A DNA stretch of 64,000 bases, taken from assembly GCF_003918875.1 (NCBI RefSeq), contig NW_025765825.1, forward strand, positions 124,001 to 188,000. Direction: 5' to 3'. The notes beneath the pieces are model-generated. The model was not told the origin of the DNA and searched no databases. It saw only the letters and a program-made list of their open reading frames with translations. The position numbers were made by a program, and so were the translations under genes. Origin of the DNA: Haliotis rubra (taxonomy: Eukaryota). Positions 23,887-37,809 of the stretch are shown here, in pieces; position 1 is the first letter of the stretch, and the number at the start of each line of letters is the position of its first letter.

Positions 23887-26800
23887 ATGCAGTCACTCCT
23901 CGTACAAGCTCTACTGATAGCGCTCTGCTTTGTAAATGCAGGTATGTTTTACAACTGACAATTTCTGCAGAATAGTTGCTATAGAGTTCGCAATTGTAAA
24001 CCAAACGTCACTGTGTTCTTTAATCTGATTGGTTGAAAAACATGATCAAATGGTATTCGATTCCCGGAAATTCGGTGCGTATTAATACATACAAACATCG
24101 CTGACACCATTGTATTGTTACGTCGTCAGTTGTTATGACGTCATTCAAATCATATTGTGACGTAAAGTCCGAATGACGTCACAAATGAACAGTTCCAGAT
24201 GCTACCATGGCAACAGCCGAAACGGCCGGCTGATGACATTTCACTGCTGTACCCTTACTCGATGTCAATGAGTGCAGACACAAAACCGTGTGTGGACGTT
24301 TTGGTTTACTTTTGTGTTTACAATATCGATAAAAATCATGTGTTGGCCAATTTCCGGGTGTTATTGAGTATTTGAAATACGGGAATATTTCATTTGAAAC
24401 CTCCGGTTGACGCACGGGAATATTTCATTTGAAACCTCCGGCAGACGCCGTCGGTTCCGAATGAATTCCCGTGTTTCAAATACTCAATAACACCCGGAAA
24501 TTGGCCAACACATGGTGTTTATCTCCTAAATGTTACATACAATGCCCAACTCAATAAGCCAAACCTTTACCTGTTTTCATAAATGATGTATGTTCGGATT
24601 AAACTTTATTTTAGGAATAAACGACGGAATATTTTGCGTAAACTGAACATGCGCCTATATCTTATACTGAAAATGTCAAACAGTTTCAAGATTATCAAAA
24701 TGGCACGTTTCATTTTCCTTGCAGAGTGCGGAGGAAGCAGGACGCCATGTGCGTTTATTTCGCGATCATCCAAGAGTAAAAGAAACACTGTGCCTGTAAA
24801 CAGAAGCAGGTATGTGACAAAATGGCCTAAAATCAAATGAGTGAGTTTGTTTTACGCCGCTTTTAGCAATACTCCAGCAATATCACGGCGGGGAACAAAA
24901 TCCAATGAAAAAACAAAACCTAAGATATAATATTTACACAGTAAAATCATTATGCTTATAATCAGTTTTTATCCTAGTTGACATTAATACTGAGTACTAT
25001 CCCGATGCGTGTTTGATAAATGACAGTCTGAGAGTTCATAAGGGACAATAACAGTCATAAAATGCCCTCTCAAATTGATGCTGTTTTGTCCAGACGAACA
25101 ACCTGCGATTCAAGTGACACCTATAGGACAGCTGATGGCACGTGTAATAACGTGGAGAATTCGGGCTGGGGAGCTGCAGGTGCTCAACTTGCAAGATGGC
25201 TGGAACCTGCGTACGCCAGCGGTCAGTTGATGTCTAATAATCACTATTTCTGAAACTATCATCTGATTAAAAAGAATAAGAAAAAAAGATTTTTTGCAGT
25301 AATGTCTCAAAGGTAACTTCATATCCAATGCCAATGAAAACCTTCAAAATTGAAAGTGTTGAAAAGTTCCTTTGTAACTGATTAGTGAATAAGGGCTTAC
25401 ATCGCTCTTGGAATATTTCAACCAGATGACAGAGCACTATGACTTTATATCAGGTGTTATAAGAACGACAAATGAAAGGAAGTGATACAGTTTCTCAGTA
25501 TATCGAGCAATCTAAAATCAGAGACAATGATCTGTTGTTGTTGACGCAATTTCAATCATACTACTGTGTACAATGTTAAACAAAACAAAACTGCAAATAT
25601 TGCTATGATAGTAAAAAAACAGAATATTACTTCTGCTGTATATTTACAGGAACTGGTGGAAACCCCAGAGCTCTGGCATCTGATGACTCAGACCTGCCTA
25701 ACGCAAGAAGTATCAGCAATCATGTTCACTTGAGCTGAGTTTCCTGTCTGTTAAACACTCCGTCATGGTGATGCAGTGGGGGCAGTTTCTTGACCACGAT
25801 ATTACCGGAACTCCGGTGTTGACAGGTATATATATATATATATATATGTCATCACGTGTCAATAATCACAGTTACATTTTGAAGAGTATGATTTATTTTT
25901 GTTTGTCTTGCATTTCTTATGAAATGAAATCACACACATATTCTAAAATTGTTTGCTTTGTATTCACCTTCTGACTGACAACAATTTGTATGATCATATA
26001 TCCTTTACAGATGATGGAATCGACATTGACTGTTGTGACAGAACTGACTCTGTTCCCAGCGAGTAAGTTTCATTATGCAGTAAACAGAAATACACAGGTC
26101 ATTTAGCACATTTTCTTAACTCATTACGTTATTTGTCATATCATATACAAAAATAAAACACCTTGAATTAATGTACACGTAACATACAAGAAACGATCTT
26201 CTTCTTTTCATCAGCCCTGATTCTCCATGTTTCCCAATCAACCTTCCTGATGGTGATTTCTACTTTGGCGATGGTAAATGTATGAATATGGTGAGATCGG
26301 AGGCTGTTTCCGGAACAGGCACAGATTCCTCAAGTAAGGGAACACATCATTGATTTCTCACATACATATTTCAATAGATTTCCCGGAAAATATATTACAT
26401 GTGGTCTAGCTGATTTTCTGTCACCGTTTAAAACGGCCGTTGTGACAAAGTTTGAAAATAACCACCTAAAGTCACATTCACTCACTCTGTTATTCTCTTA
26501 AATCCAGATCCTCGACAGCAGTACAACGAATTGTCCGCTTTCATAGACGGTTCCCAGATCTATGGCATTTCTGACTCCGAAATGGCTGAGCTCAGAGACA
26601 CTGACTCTGGATGTAAGTTAAAAAGCTCTCCTGAATTAAACATAATGTTGTAAATGTAAACTTTAGAAGTTCTTCTGACAAGATCCTCATTTAAAACCAT
26701 GCACTACATTGCTTTTTGGAGAATGATAACTTAAAAGCCACATCTGTCTATCCAAATAACTATAAGTGTCTGTATGTAAACATGCCCATTCAAGAGTTAC

Positions 26801-28651
26801 CTTCTTCCTTTCCAGCTGGATTGCTGAAAGTGGGAACAAATAACCTTCTGCCAGAAGGAGATTCTGACGATTGCTTTCTCGATACCTCTGATTCAAGCAA
26901 CTACTGTTTCAAAGCAGGTTGTTTCCTGAAAAACATTCTTGTATATATTTTGTATAACTGAAGAATGTGTAATTTGAGTTTGTGTGTGATCATCGCTTGC
27001 AACTATGTGAGTTAACTGTTTAATATCTATGCTAGTTATAAACACAATACATGATATTGCATACTAATCAGAGTACTTAGTTTCGAATACAACAGTAAAA
27101 ATAATACATACACGACGCTGTAAGGTGGACATATATAACACGTAATATTTGTGATTACACTTTCGCACTAAAATAGAAATTCAAGTACGGTGCTTTTTGT
27201 TTTGACCATTAAGCAACTGAGAGTGTGGGATTGAATCCTCGATTGGAATCAACAACCAAAACGTATGTTACTAAACGTAATGCTTGAATGTCCACTTTCC
27301 TGCAGGTGACTCGAGAGTCAATGTCTTCCCTGGCCTTAGCGCTCTGCACACACTGTTCATGAGAGAACACAACTGTGTTGCAACAGCTCTCAAAGGATTC
27401 AACAGTGGCTGGGATGACGAGAAGCTCTTCCAAGAAGCACGACGAATAGTCATTGCTGAGCTACAGGTAAGTATTTCTTTCTGTAGAAAAACAGATGAAT
27501 CAAATTGATCAAAAGTAGTAAAATGTACATTCACATGGAGAGTTGAATAGAATGTTGTTGAATCTGTGATTGTAACTGATAAAATGATGATAATGAATAA
27601 CTTGAGGAAAAAATGTAGGTTTAACCCTTCAACCTCTACTTCAAAACTGAGGTTATATGCTAATATATTAATAAAAAGAATTAAGTTTACATCTTATATC
27701 CACCATCAGGTCATCACATACAACGAATGGCTGCCTCAAATTCTCAGTGACGACGGGGTTGCAAACTACAGCCTCGGACTCGGCAACTACAACTACAATT
27801 CTACCCTTGACCCATCTCTAAGTAAAGTCTTCTCGACGGCAGCTTTTCGATTTGGTCATTCCATGGTGCCAGAAAACCTGACGATAGGAGGTGAAGTCGT
27901 GGACACTGGTGACCTGTTCAAGAGGACTAAATATGTCATCAACAGCCTGGATAACGTTATCAGTAGTTTTCTGGACGCTCCTGGTGAACGAGCTGATGCA
28001 TGGTATGTCGATGGCATGAGGCAGAGAATGTTTGAAGAAGATTCTGCCACAAAGGACGGATTTGACATTGTGACTCTGAACATTCAGCGTGGAAGGGAAC
28101 ATGGTTTACCTTCCTACAACGACTGGAGAGACTACTGCGGTCTCGGCAAAATTACCTCTTTCACATCCGAAAATGATTTCGGATTATTTCAAGCTAATGA
28201 TCTTGAGGAAATGTAGTAAGTGTTTATTTTGCTTGTATTACTGTCAAAATGATTGACTCCAATCTATAGCATTAGCTATGATTAACACAAAACCTTCAGA
28301 TATATAATTAGTTTCATTATTTAAAAGATCTCTTTCATTTTTTTTCTCAAAATATGTTCACACTACTGGAGCTACAAAGGTCCAAATTACATATGAAGAA
28401 TGTGTCTCTACTCTTTCAGCAACAGCGTCGATGATATTTACCTGTACAGTGGAGGCATTGCTGAAGCTCCTGTTGCTGGAGCAGCTGTAGGACGAACTTA
28501 CATCTGTCTGATCGGCGAACAGTTCAAGAAACTGAGAGATGGGGACAGGTTCTGGTTTGAATCTACAGACGCTGTCACTGGGTTTACGTCCGGTAAATAC
28601 ATGGCACCTTCCTTCTTGTATTATATATGCTGATTAATTGTAGGAGGAGGG

Positions 28652-28688
<37 letters not shown>

Positions 28689-29463
28689 CACACATGTATG
28701 TTTTGTTTAAAAGGTTCCTTCACAACCTGCCTTTGTTTCATTTCAGATCAAATATCTCAATTGGAAAAGGCATCATTGTCTCGTATCATTTGTGATAATG
28801 CGGACAACATCAGCACCATCCAGCGTCAGGCCTTCCTGAATGTTAACATTGGCGGCGATGAAACAGCGTATGTTGAATTATAACATGGTTCTACAAGTGC
28901 ACTCGTTTATACTTGATTATGTTCTTGGGTCGATCAATATTGGACCTTTCAGTCTCATATAAATAGTTAAAAATATATGCTTAAATATGCGGGGTATATT
29001 AAAAGTTATTAAACTTAAGCGGGAGGGGACCAATATACACTTCTCCCTTTATGTAGAGCCCTTATCCGTTATAAACTCGACCATGGCTCCATCGTATATG
29101 GTGTAGCCTGCAGAAGCCCACCTAAACTGCTTTATACTGCTTACCATCAAGGTCTCAGACTTTGTCTTGAATCCTTTCGAACATGCCAGTTTTAAGTCAA
29201 CTAGAGACGTACATTAGGGATGTACTCACATGCAATCAGACGTTAACACTTTGAACATCCAAACAGGCCTCATGCCCTGTTTCTTATAAACTTGTGGCTG
29301 TTTCTATTTTATAAGTTGATGTGATATTGTCTGGAGAGACGAAGAGATTAAAAACGCAAACTGTATGTGCAATTGTCTAATTCTTGTTTGGTATATTTTC
29401 AGAAACCCTGAAGTGAGCTGCTCTACCCTGAAGGAAATGAGGCTTAGGAAATGGCAAGAATAA
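23887..29463 (+). pseudogene. Heme peroxidase copy B (13 exons; 1-bp deletion in exon 4; probable young pseudogene)
   Basis: Exons 23887-23941, 24725-24809, 25094-25221, 25650-25825 (176 nt vs 177), 26011-26062, 26215-26333, 26508-26612, 26816-26917, 27306-27466, 27710-28215, 28420-28592, 28747-28867, 29403-29463. CAC TTT GAG has become CAC TTG AGC TGA (stop 25736-25738). Also REHNR>REHNC, SNVF>SKVF and DIDL>DIYL. Confidence 0.8.
24337..24514. mobile_element. Palindromic MITE-like element in intron 1 of B
   Basis: About 50-bp near-perfect inverted repeat CATGTGTTGGCCAATTTCCGGGTGTTATTGAGTATTTGAAA, with an internal direct duplication of about 28 bp. Confidence 0.8.
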
Positions 29464-30309
29464 TAAGCAGAACACAGACTTGTCCTACCTACGTCTTGTC
29501 AGCAAGCTAATAAATACATCAATGCGATAAATAGGTGAATTTGTCTTTTTATGACACGGATCTGTCATTAACCTGTCATTTTAGACAGCTAATTTCTGAT
29601 CAAGGAAGATATTATTTTCTTCGGTTGTATCTATTCTGAAAAATAGAAAACAGGGGATGATATGAGTAATATTCTACGCTAAGTTAACATATGTCTAACT
29701 TAGTGAATGAGCATAACCTCCTGATCATATGTGGTTTCCTCCTAGCGTCTATTTTAATAGAAACGTAACTCTTCAAGGCAATATGCCTGGACGTGTAAGC
29801 ATTGAACTGGATTGTTATTGTATTGTGTCTGTACCTGACGTGTGATAGATTAGATGATGATTACTGGGAATGGCTGGATGAGTTCTCATTAATATAATCA
29901 AACATAACACATACGTCTAATGTACGAACATTTTCTGTCAAGAAGGTGTATTTCTAGAATGGATATCTTTTGCCTATTCTGAGGGTTATTAGTGCTCTCC
30001 CACTGAATCGTGACGTATGACAATCTGTCTCTGCTTGATATATGAATACCCGTTGTTATACTGAATACAAAGGGAAACTTCACACTTGGACAAGTTAATT
30101 ATATTGAAAATGGGTACTACAAGGTATTTGAAATGGGCGAATGCCATAATGGCAAGGTGGAACATGACGCCATTTACCCATTTACATGTCGGTGAACCAG
30201 GCAGGGTTTCACAGGGTTCTGTGAAAACGCGACCCTAACCACCAACATGAGTGTAGAGTTTGAAAGAAACAAAAACACACAGTAACTATCAATGAGAAAT
30301 ATACAATTC

Positions 30310-30842
30310 TCATGCCACGCCTTACTCCAGACTGGCCAGTCTAATGTGGTTGTTGTACGTGCCATGAGATGCAATAGACGGACAATTCACAAGCTGAGGA
30401 CACGTATGCATCAAACGGATATCATCTGATAGCCCCAGGGCAGGACGTCACACGCCGAGAAGAATCAAATTGGGTAAGGTCATTTGCGTAATCGTTCTAC
30501 GACCGCAATATCAACCAGTTATCCACAGTTTGGGGGTCTCATAACCGCGAATTTTTGCCCGAGGCCTTTATGTGGGGCCGACACAGGTGAACCGTCATGA
30601 ACGTTTACGCCGTGCACAATTGCAACTGCAGAGGGTTGAATTTCCTGTGGTGCCATTGTGATCACCTGACCTCAATCCCATCGAACATGTATGGGATGTT
30701 CTTGGAAGTTGACGAGCTGGGCGTCGTGTTGGTACAGCAATGGCGCAGGTTGCCTCATGCTGTGTTCACGGGTGTTAGGCAGTCAACAAGACAACGTTAC
30801 CCTGCTGTTGTGAACGCGAGAGGGGAGCATACGCGGAACTGA
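30310..30842 (+). mobile_element. Degraded Tc1/mariner transposase relic
   Basis: SPDLNPIEHVWD at 30662-30697; C-terminal VNARGEHTRN*; N-terminal HTH-like CNRRTIHKLR; frameshifts and deletions throughout. Confidence 0.8.
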
Positions 30843-33800
30843 ACAATACTGATGGCGTGCATCTGTTGACTGTGGAGGATGCACGAAGCGCTCTTTAATG
30901 CCTATTCCTGTTTTACTGTACTCTCAGTAGTCTATAAACCAGATTTATCCAGTAGCAACACATTTCGTTCCATATGTTTATGTTTGGGACATAAAGTAAC
31001 ACATGGGAATTTCTTTCAAAGCTTTTTAAGTATATAAACAATAGTAGCCACACATACGTACATCACCCACACTATTTAAGTCACGAACCATCACAGGAAC
31101 GTTTAAGCATTCTGTCGATCAGAATGGGTTTGTGGGTACAAGGATGTGTCATTGATGACTCTACATTGTATTTATGACTCTCGCTGAATTGCTGGAGGTC
31201 CTTAACCTATTTATGTCGACTTGAAGAATGTTGTGGCACAAAAACAGTGCAAATGTTTCATTGGAATCGCCCTCGTGTTTGTCTACCTCACCATGAAGTT
31301 AACCATCACAGAATTGGAGGAATTAAAACTACTATCATAATGAATTTCTGTCAGTAAGAGAGCAACCAGGCAGCATGCTTGTCACTGAAACTCAACTTCG
31401 CAGGAAATATGGAGGAGAACATTTCGCTACCTACATATGCGTGTTAAAAGCAATGTGCTGGATACTTCCGAGATGAAAGGTTCTATGTAAATTTGTTGGC
31501 AATAAAGGAAGTACAAGGGTGAGTGAGAATGATTTTACGCCGCGTTCAGCAATATTCAGCAATATCACAGTGGGGAACATCAAACGTGAGCTTCGCACAT
31601 TGTACCCATGTGGAGAATTGAACCCGGGTCTTCAGCATGACGAGAGTACGCTTTAACCACTAGGCTACCCCACCACCCTGGAAGTACAAGAAGTTTGTAG
31701 CTCATAATCGTGGTGTTCATAAATGGGATAACACAAAGACAGCTATTATCAAAAGTCAGTCTGAAAACTAGTCTGGCATTCATCCTCGTGGAACTTTCAC
31801 ATCAAAACAGTGAATCCTGTCAATCAGGAACATACGAATTGGTTGGTTGGCTATAATTGGTAAATCTGGGTTTTTTTAGTATCCCCAAACATAGTTATGA
31901 ACTTTTGTTCAAGGGCGTTGTTCCTCAAGCGATCGTAGTGCAGTCGGGAGTCTATGTTAAATTGTGGGAAAAACGATCATCTTAGCTTTTCGATCGTTTT
32001 GTGTAACGAAACACAACTTGTTTTGAAAGAAAATGCCAGAATGATACAAATTGTATGGGTATTTATATAGAGCTATAAGTCCATTCCATCTACATGCATG
32101 CTTAAAGCACATTGTGTTCCCTCGATTATCTCAAACGGCACATCGTCATATGAGCGAAATATTCTCAAGCACGACGTTAAACCCAATTTCACCTCACCTC
32201 ACCTCAAACGGCAGATCGTATTTTCAATCTCAACTCCCTGGGGATCAGACAACTCGCAAGGCTACTAGGCGCACCATCTTAATTTGGCTTTCCCATCCTT
32301 TCGAGGTACCCATTCACAACTGGTTGGACAGGAACACATAGTCACAATATTTTGTCCAAATATTACTGCACATTGCTGTACCCGCAACTATGTGTTTGTA
32401 CGTATTCATGTGGCCACCATCTGGTCATTTATAAACGGATTCGTGGGTTTTCCTATGTACACGGGGTTATGTACTGTATACTTGGCTTGTGACAACACTG
32501 AGTTTACTCCAAGGTTTTTACACCCGGTCACAGGTGGGCTCGATCCCGGCACCTTAAACTCGCTGGATCACTAGCCTCGCACCTTAGACAGCTCGCCCAC
32601 CACGAACGACTCCAACCTTTTAACAACTTGACAATTCACCCATTGCCCTGTCTTTATATAACATATATTCTCTCATTTTCCTTATAACAGCAAGACTAAG
32701 TACTCGAACACAAAACGAAGCCATCCTCAAATAAAAGCCAACAAATATGGAAGTTACTGTACCTTACCACTTGAATTTCCCTTTGTTTCAATAAGAATTT
32801 AAATAAAAAATTCCTTACACCCCCAATGTATACCCTTGCCAAACACTTACATTGCCTTTGTTGGTCCATACACACTCAATAATAGTTTCTTTCATTCATA
32901 CATACCTGGGACGTTACGGTTTACAGAGTTGAATGATTTAACAGAACAATGTACTTAAACATCAACAATAATTTAGAATAATTTACGACACCAATTAATC
33001 AACAATTAATCATGATCAGTAACATTAATCAGTAAATCTGAGTTCTCAAACTTAAATAGAAATGTTAAAGCTTGTCCTCAAAACTTAACAAATATTCCTC
33101 CACAATAAATCTGCCGGTAATTTGAATAATTTGACAAAATCCCCTATTTCATGCAGTTTTCACAAATGGAAGGCGGATGAAGCATGGGCCATAACTCAAA
33201 TTCGAATTCTCATTAGACTGTGACAGGTAACATCGGATTTCACTTCCCCAAATAAAATATGTTTTGAAAAAATGTCCACTTGGAGTATTAGTCGCTCAGA
33301 CGGAAAGACGGACGGACGCCTTTCCTAGATCCCCAACCCAGCTTCGCTAGCTTAGAGAATAGAAAACAAAACAATGTCGTCTTTGGTAGTGTACTTCACA
33401 TTATTACAAGCTTGTTCCTCATCTGTTTTCTTAAATGATAGACTCCAAAATACGAACGTCCTATTAATACCAAGCATATTTTAATGCATGTATATTTATA
33501 TAAACTCTCTAATCTTTTTGTAGTCGCCCCCTGAATTCTCAAGCCATTTAGTACTAGTAACTACTCATACATTTATCTTCCTATACAGGCACGTATTTGA
33601 ACAGTGCTTCAAGGAAACAGATCATAAATTCAATAATAATATCTGTTATTGCCGTTTTAAACAATATCCTCTAACACTATCGGAGTACAATACATTATTA
33701 AGTGTTCCGACTTTGTAAAATTATACACACACTGGACAGAATAACAATCGTCTACTAAATATATGCTCGTGTATTGCGGAACATAAGGGTCGTTATATGC

Positions 33801-34206
33801 TGACATGGCATAATCAATAAATCGATGTATGTCTATTTACCATCTCTCCAATAATACAAGCCATGATACCGCCAGTTAGGTTACTCATCTATTGCTATGT
33901 CTCTGTCACCATTTTAAATGGGCGTTGCGACAAAGTTTGAAAATAACTACCTAAAGGAGCATTCACTCACCCTGTTTTCTTTTAGATAAGTTAGCATTCA
34001 GGAAATTTGAGTCTTTTTTATGCTCATTCTACAGACGCTTATGATTAAGAAGTACAATAAAATACACATATCTTGTTATCTAAGCCGTCCTTGACTTAAA
34101 AGTGCACGTAAAAACATCGGTTTTAGATCAGTTTTATCTCAAGTAATTGCTTCTGGTGGAAATAATTTTACATGGTACACTTACCTCACATTTCCCTGAT
34201 TTCCAG

Positions 34207-34837
34207 ACCCTCGACAGCAGTACAACGAACTATCCGCTTCCATAGACGGTTCCCAGATCTATGGCATTTCTGACTCCGAAATGGCTGAGCTCAGAGACAC
34301 TGACTCCGGATGTAAGATATACACATAATGTTGTAAATGTAAACTTTAGAACTGCTTCTGGCAAGATTGTCATTTAAAACCATGCGCTACATTGCTTTTC
34401 CGCGAATGATAACTGCAAAGCCACATCTCTCTCTCCATCTAACTGTAATCGTCTATATGTAAACATGTCCATTCATGAGTTACCTTGATTCTTTCCAGCT
34501 GGATTGCTCAAAGGGGGAATAAATAACCTTCTGCCAGAAGGAGATTCTGACGATTGCTTTCTCGATACCTCCGATTCAAGCAACTACTGTTTCAAAGCAG
34601 GTTGTTTCCTGAAAAAACCTTCTTGTATATATTTTGTTTAACTGAAGAATGTGTAATTTGAGTTAGTTGTCAGTGATGATGGCACACGATGTGCTAATCA
34701 GAGTAAACAGTGCTCTTCACACATTGTTCATGAGATACCACAACAGTGTTGCAACAGCTCTTCAAGGATTCAACAGTGACTGGGATGACGAAAACCTCTT
34801 TCAAGAAGCTCGATGAAAAGTCATTGCTGAACTACAG
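34207..34837 (+). pseudogene. Heme peroxidase relic E (exons 7, 8 and a broken exon 9; A/B type)
   Basis: Exon 7 at 34207-34311 ([19 protein letters not shown]), exon 8 at 34499-34600, and a truncated exon 9 with an in-frame TGA. It is preceded (about 31.9-33.9 kb) by a diverged copy of the B upstream region joined directly to intron 6 sequence. Confidence 0.88.
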
Positions 34838-35001
34838 GTACGAAGTCCCTTCTGTAGAAAACAAACGAATCAAAATGATGAACGTGGTGTAAGGTATACA
34901 TTCCCATGGAGAGGTGAACAGAATGTTGATGAATCTGTTATTGTAAACCAATAGTGAGTGTTTTCCGCAATCTGATTGGTTAATTACCCTTTTCGAATAG
35001 T

Positions 35002-35176
35002 CTGACTGACTGACTGACTGAGTTTGGTTTTACGCCGCTTTTAGCAATATTCCAGCAATATCACGGCGGGGGACACCAGAAAAGGGCTTCACACATTGTG
35101 CCCATGTGGGGATTCGAACCCCGGGTCTTCAGCGTGACGAGCCAACGCTTTAACCACTAGACTACCCCACCGCCCC
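35002..35176 (-). mobile_element. tRNA-derived SINE family 3 (about 170 bp)
   Basis: tRNA head with A and B boxes; tail GGAATATTGCTAAAAGCGGCGTAAAAC; 15-bp TSD CCCTTTTCGAATAGT at 34987-35001 and 35174-35188. Other full or partial copies at about 31518-31678, 5436-5492, 12512-12575, 24838-24897, 50190-50260, 52560-52654 and 58120-58200. Confidence 0.88.
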
Positions 35177-35679
35177 TTTTCGAATAGTGTTCGACATACC
35201 TGAAAATGAAGGCCTAATAACCGCACATTAATACGTTCGCTGCATGAATTTACCACCTCAATTTCTTTCTGGGGGATTTTGATAAAATCTTCGAAGACGA
35301 CAAATTCGCCGAAGAATTATTCAAAGATGATGGGGAGTACAATCCCATGACACATAATCAATATGTGATCAGAAAATAGTAAAGTGAAAGAAGAGCCATA
35401 AAATAATATCCTTCAATGATGTTTATTCACAAATGAACTGCTCTGCAAATCTCAAGAATTCGTGTATTTAATTTGGTACAATATTCGAAGGTTAAAGATT
35501 ATTATTCAGCAAAAAGAATACGTTAATGCTACTTGTTTCTGGATATTGATCTTCCAAAAGACACCAATCCCAGCAGTCCGGACGTTTCCACTTCCATTGG
35601 AAATTCCAGCGCTTTACGCCTCCATCTTGTCCACCGAGCGTCCCTCCACAGTCCCGCTTTGGGACAGAGAATGGCCTGA

Positions 35680-36330
35680 GGGAAATAATTGATGGGCCAT
35701 TACCGAAAACAACCGAGAGAAATACAATTTGGGGCGTAAAATTCTTCAGAGGTGTGCAACGTTTAACATTTTGTAAACAAACCAAAAGGAAGTTACATGT
35801 TAGTTACCTCCCTTTCGTTAGACTGTCGCACGGCTTCTAAACACAATTATATCAAAGGAATGAAAGCAAATATAGCTATTATTTCTAAAAAAGCCAGCTT
35901 TCAATATGAGTTACATCTGATCTAACACAGAATGATAATATGATGAAATACTAAAATAGCAAAAAATAAATACTTTTCGGTAATCATGAAAAGTTACTAA
36001 TGCAGTCTAGGAAATCCCACTGCCACAAGCCCAAGCATATCAAAACAATTTCAAATGTTGAAATCTTACCTTTTTGTGTCTGGTTTCATGCTTCATATCG
36101 TACAAATCCCACTTGAATCCCAATAATGAATCGTTCTTTAATTTTCAACATCCGAAATCTGTCGACGATATCCGCGATTCTGTTTGGTAGAACACCTAAC
36201 GGTGCGTTGGCAAAAAATCACTGTCACAAATGAGGAAAAACATCTCCAAGAATGCCAAGTTGCCACACACGTACACAAATCACTGCCTTCAGGCAACAGC
36301 CGTTACTCTGCTATCCCATGCCGGAATTAA
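35680..36330 (+). mobile_element. Crypton-like tyrosine-recombinase relic
   Basis: YTNHCLQATAVTLLSHAG resembles the TNHSLRAT catalytic box of Crypton/DUF3504 recombinases; an upstream PKTTERNTIWGVKFF segment resembles their N-terminus. Confidence 0.6.
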
Positions 36331-36911
36331 GTTTAAAGTTGAAAAATCACATACTGCACCGAATCCAGCAGTGTACAGAAGGGGTCATAAAACTACAACG
36401 GGAAGGAAGAGAAATCCATATTTCATTGGACAGGATCGTAAAAATGAGAAAATGGCTGAAGGATCATGCTTCATCGCATATGTGTGCACTCAAGTGCATT
36501 AAAGTCAACACTAGTCTGGTTGTGATATGCAAAATGTATCACAGATATAGTGGGGGTACACGGCGAACACGCATCAAGGGCACTGTTCCATCAACTGAAG
36601 GAGGAGACTGGACTCGACGAAAGGATCCTGTGGTAACATCGTGGTAACTTCTTGCATAAAGAATAATACACAAAGCAATTTAAAAGAGCAACAATATCTT
36701 TTTATGTGGCAATTATTACCGTGCAGGTTTCACTGTATGTCTATAGATCACCGCATTTAGGTAACATTTTTACGATATAATTTCAAACCTAGATAAAACA
36801 TCTTTAATCTGTACTATCTGCACCCTTCGTCATCTTATAGTTCAGGCAATGTTTGTAACAATAGCCTATGTTTCTATAGTTTTCTATATTCTATATACAA
36901 GTCTCCGAATG

Positions 36912-37254
36912 GGCCTCCTCCGTGGTTAGAGCGTCCGACCGGAGGGCAGAAGGTCGCGGGTTCGATCCCCGGCTGCGTCATACCAAAAGACGTTAAAATA
37001 TGGTACTTGTTGATCCCTGCCTGGCGCTCGGCATTAATGGGTACAACAAGGACTGGTCAGCTCGGAGTCAGTATAATGTGTCTGAGTGGGGTATTTATGC
37101 TTAACTGCGGCATGGTATCTCATTGAGCTAGAACTATAAAGCCAGCTAAGTCGGAACTAGTACAAGCAGCCACACAAACACACACATGCACGTCGTCATA
37201 TTAGCGAAATGTTTCTTAAGTACGACGTTAAACCTCATTTCACATCACCTCACC
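36912..37254 (+). mobile_element. SINE family 1
   Basis: Head, core and CACCT tail match the 10563 copy. Confidence 0.85.
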
Positions 37255-37297
37255 CGAATTGCATTTCATAAGGTGTCACAGGGATGAGTGATATATA

Positions 37298-37809
37298 CTG
37301 TGAATAAAAAGTTAAGCGCCACCCAGTATATTTTGCCAATATAGGTTGTCTCATTGGAAATCTTTCAGAAAAAAACAACTATCATAATTTGGTTTAGTAC
37401 TTTTAGTTTAAAAACAAAACCATCATCTTTTACTTGAAATAGGATGTATGCGCTTTTGGAAAAAATGCATTTTGTTTTCCTCAAAAACGTTACTTTCTTT
37501 TGAAAAGTGAAAATCAGAAATGGCTGTTATTTGGTCACATGAATGTCATTTTTGACAAGTGAAACCTACGTTTAATAGTGCTGTATAAGCAGAATAGGAA
37601 TAGTAATTTTGCTTTAAAAAGCAGTGCTATCATATCTTTAACAATATTCCCTTTAATGTTAAATACAAATGATTATGATATCCCTATATCAGTAACCAGA
37701 TGGACCTTTTGTAACTATGGGTTGGTCTTCCCAATTATTTTAGCCTAACATTTCCACAGCTTCACATCTTAGATTTGAAATAAGCTGGCGCTTAACTTTA
37801 TATTCTCGG
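37298..37809. mobile_element. Tc1/mariner-type MITE (TA TSD)
   Basis: TIRs CTGTGAATAAAAAGTTAAGCGCCA / TGGCGCTTAACTTTATATTCTCGG, TA flanks, and an empty site in the paralogous segment near 55410. Confidence 0.85.

Larger units (their letters stand above)
18379..30324. repeat. Right arm of large inverted duplication 1
   Basis: Reverse complement of 9-11527 with scattered SNPs and indels, for example extra segments at about 21866-22215, 24337-24514 and 30111-30243. Confidence 0.95.

Noticed and set aside
1-30324. Hairpin-RNA or siRNA locus formed by the inverted arms
   Set aside because: A and B are transcribed away from each other and each has a polyA signal; nothing in the sequence supports a transcript spanning both arms.
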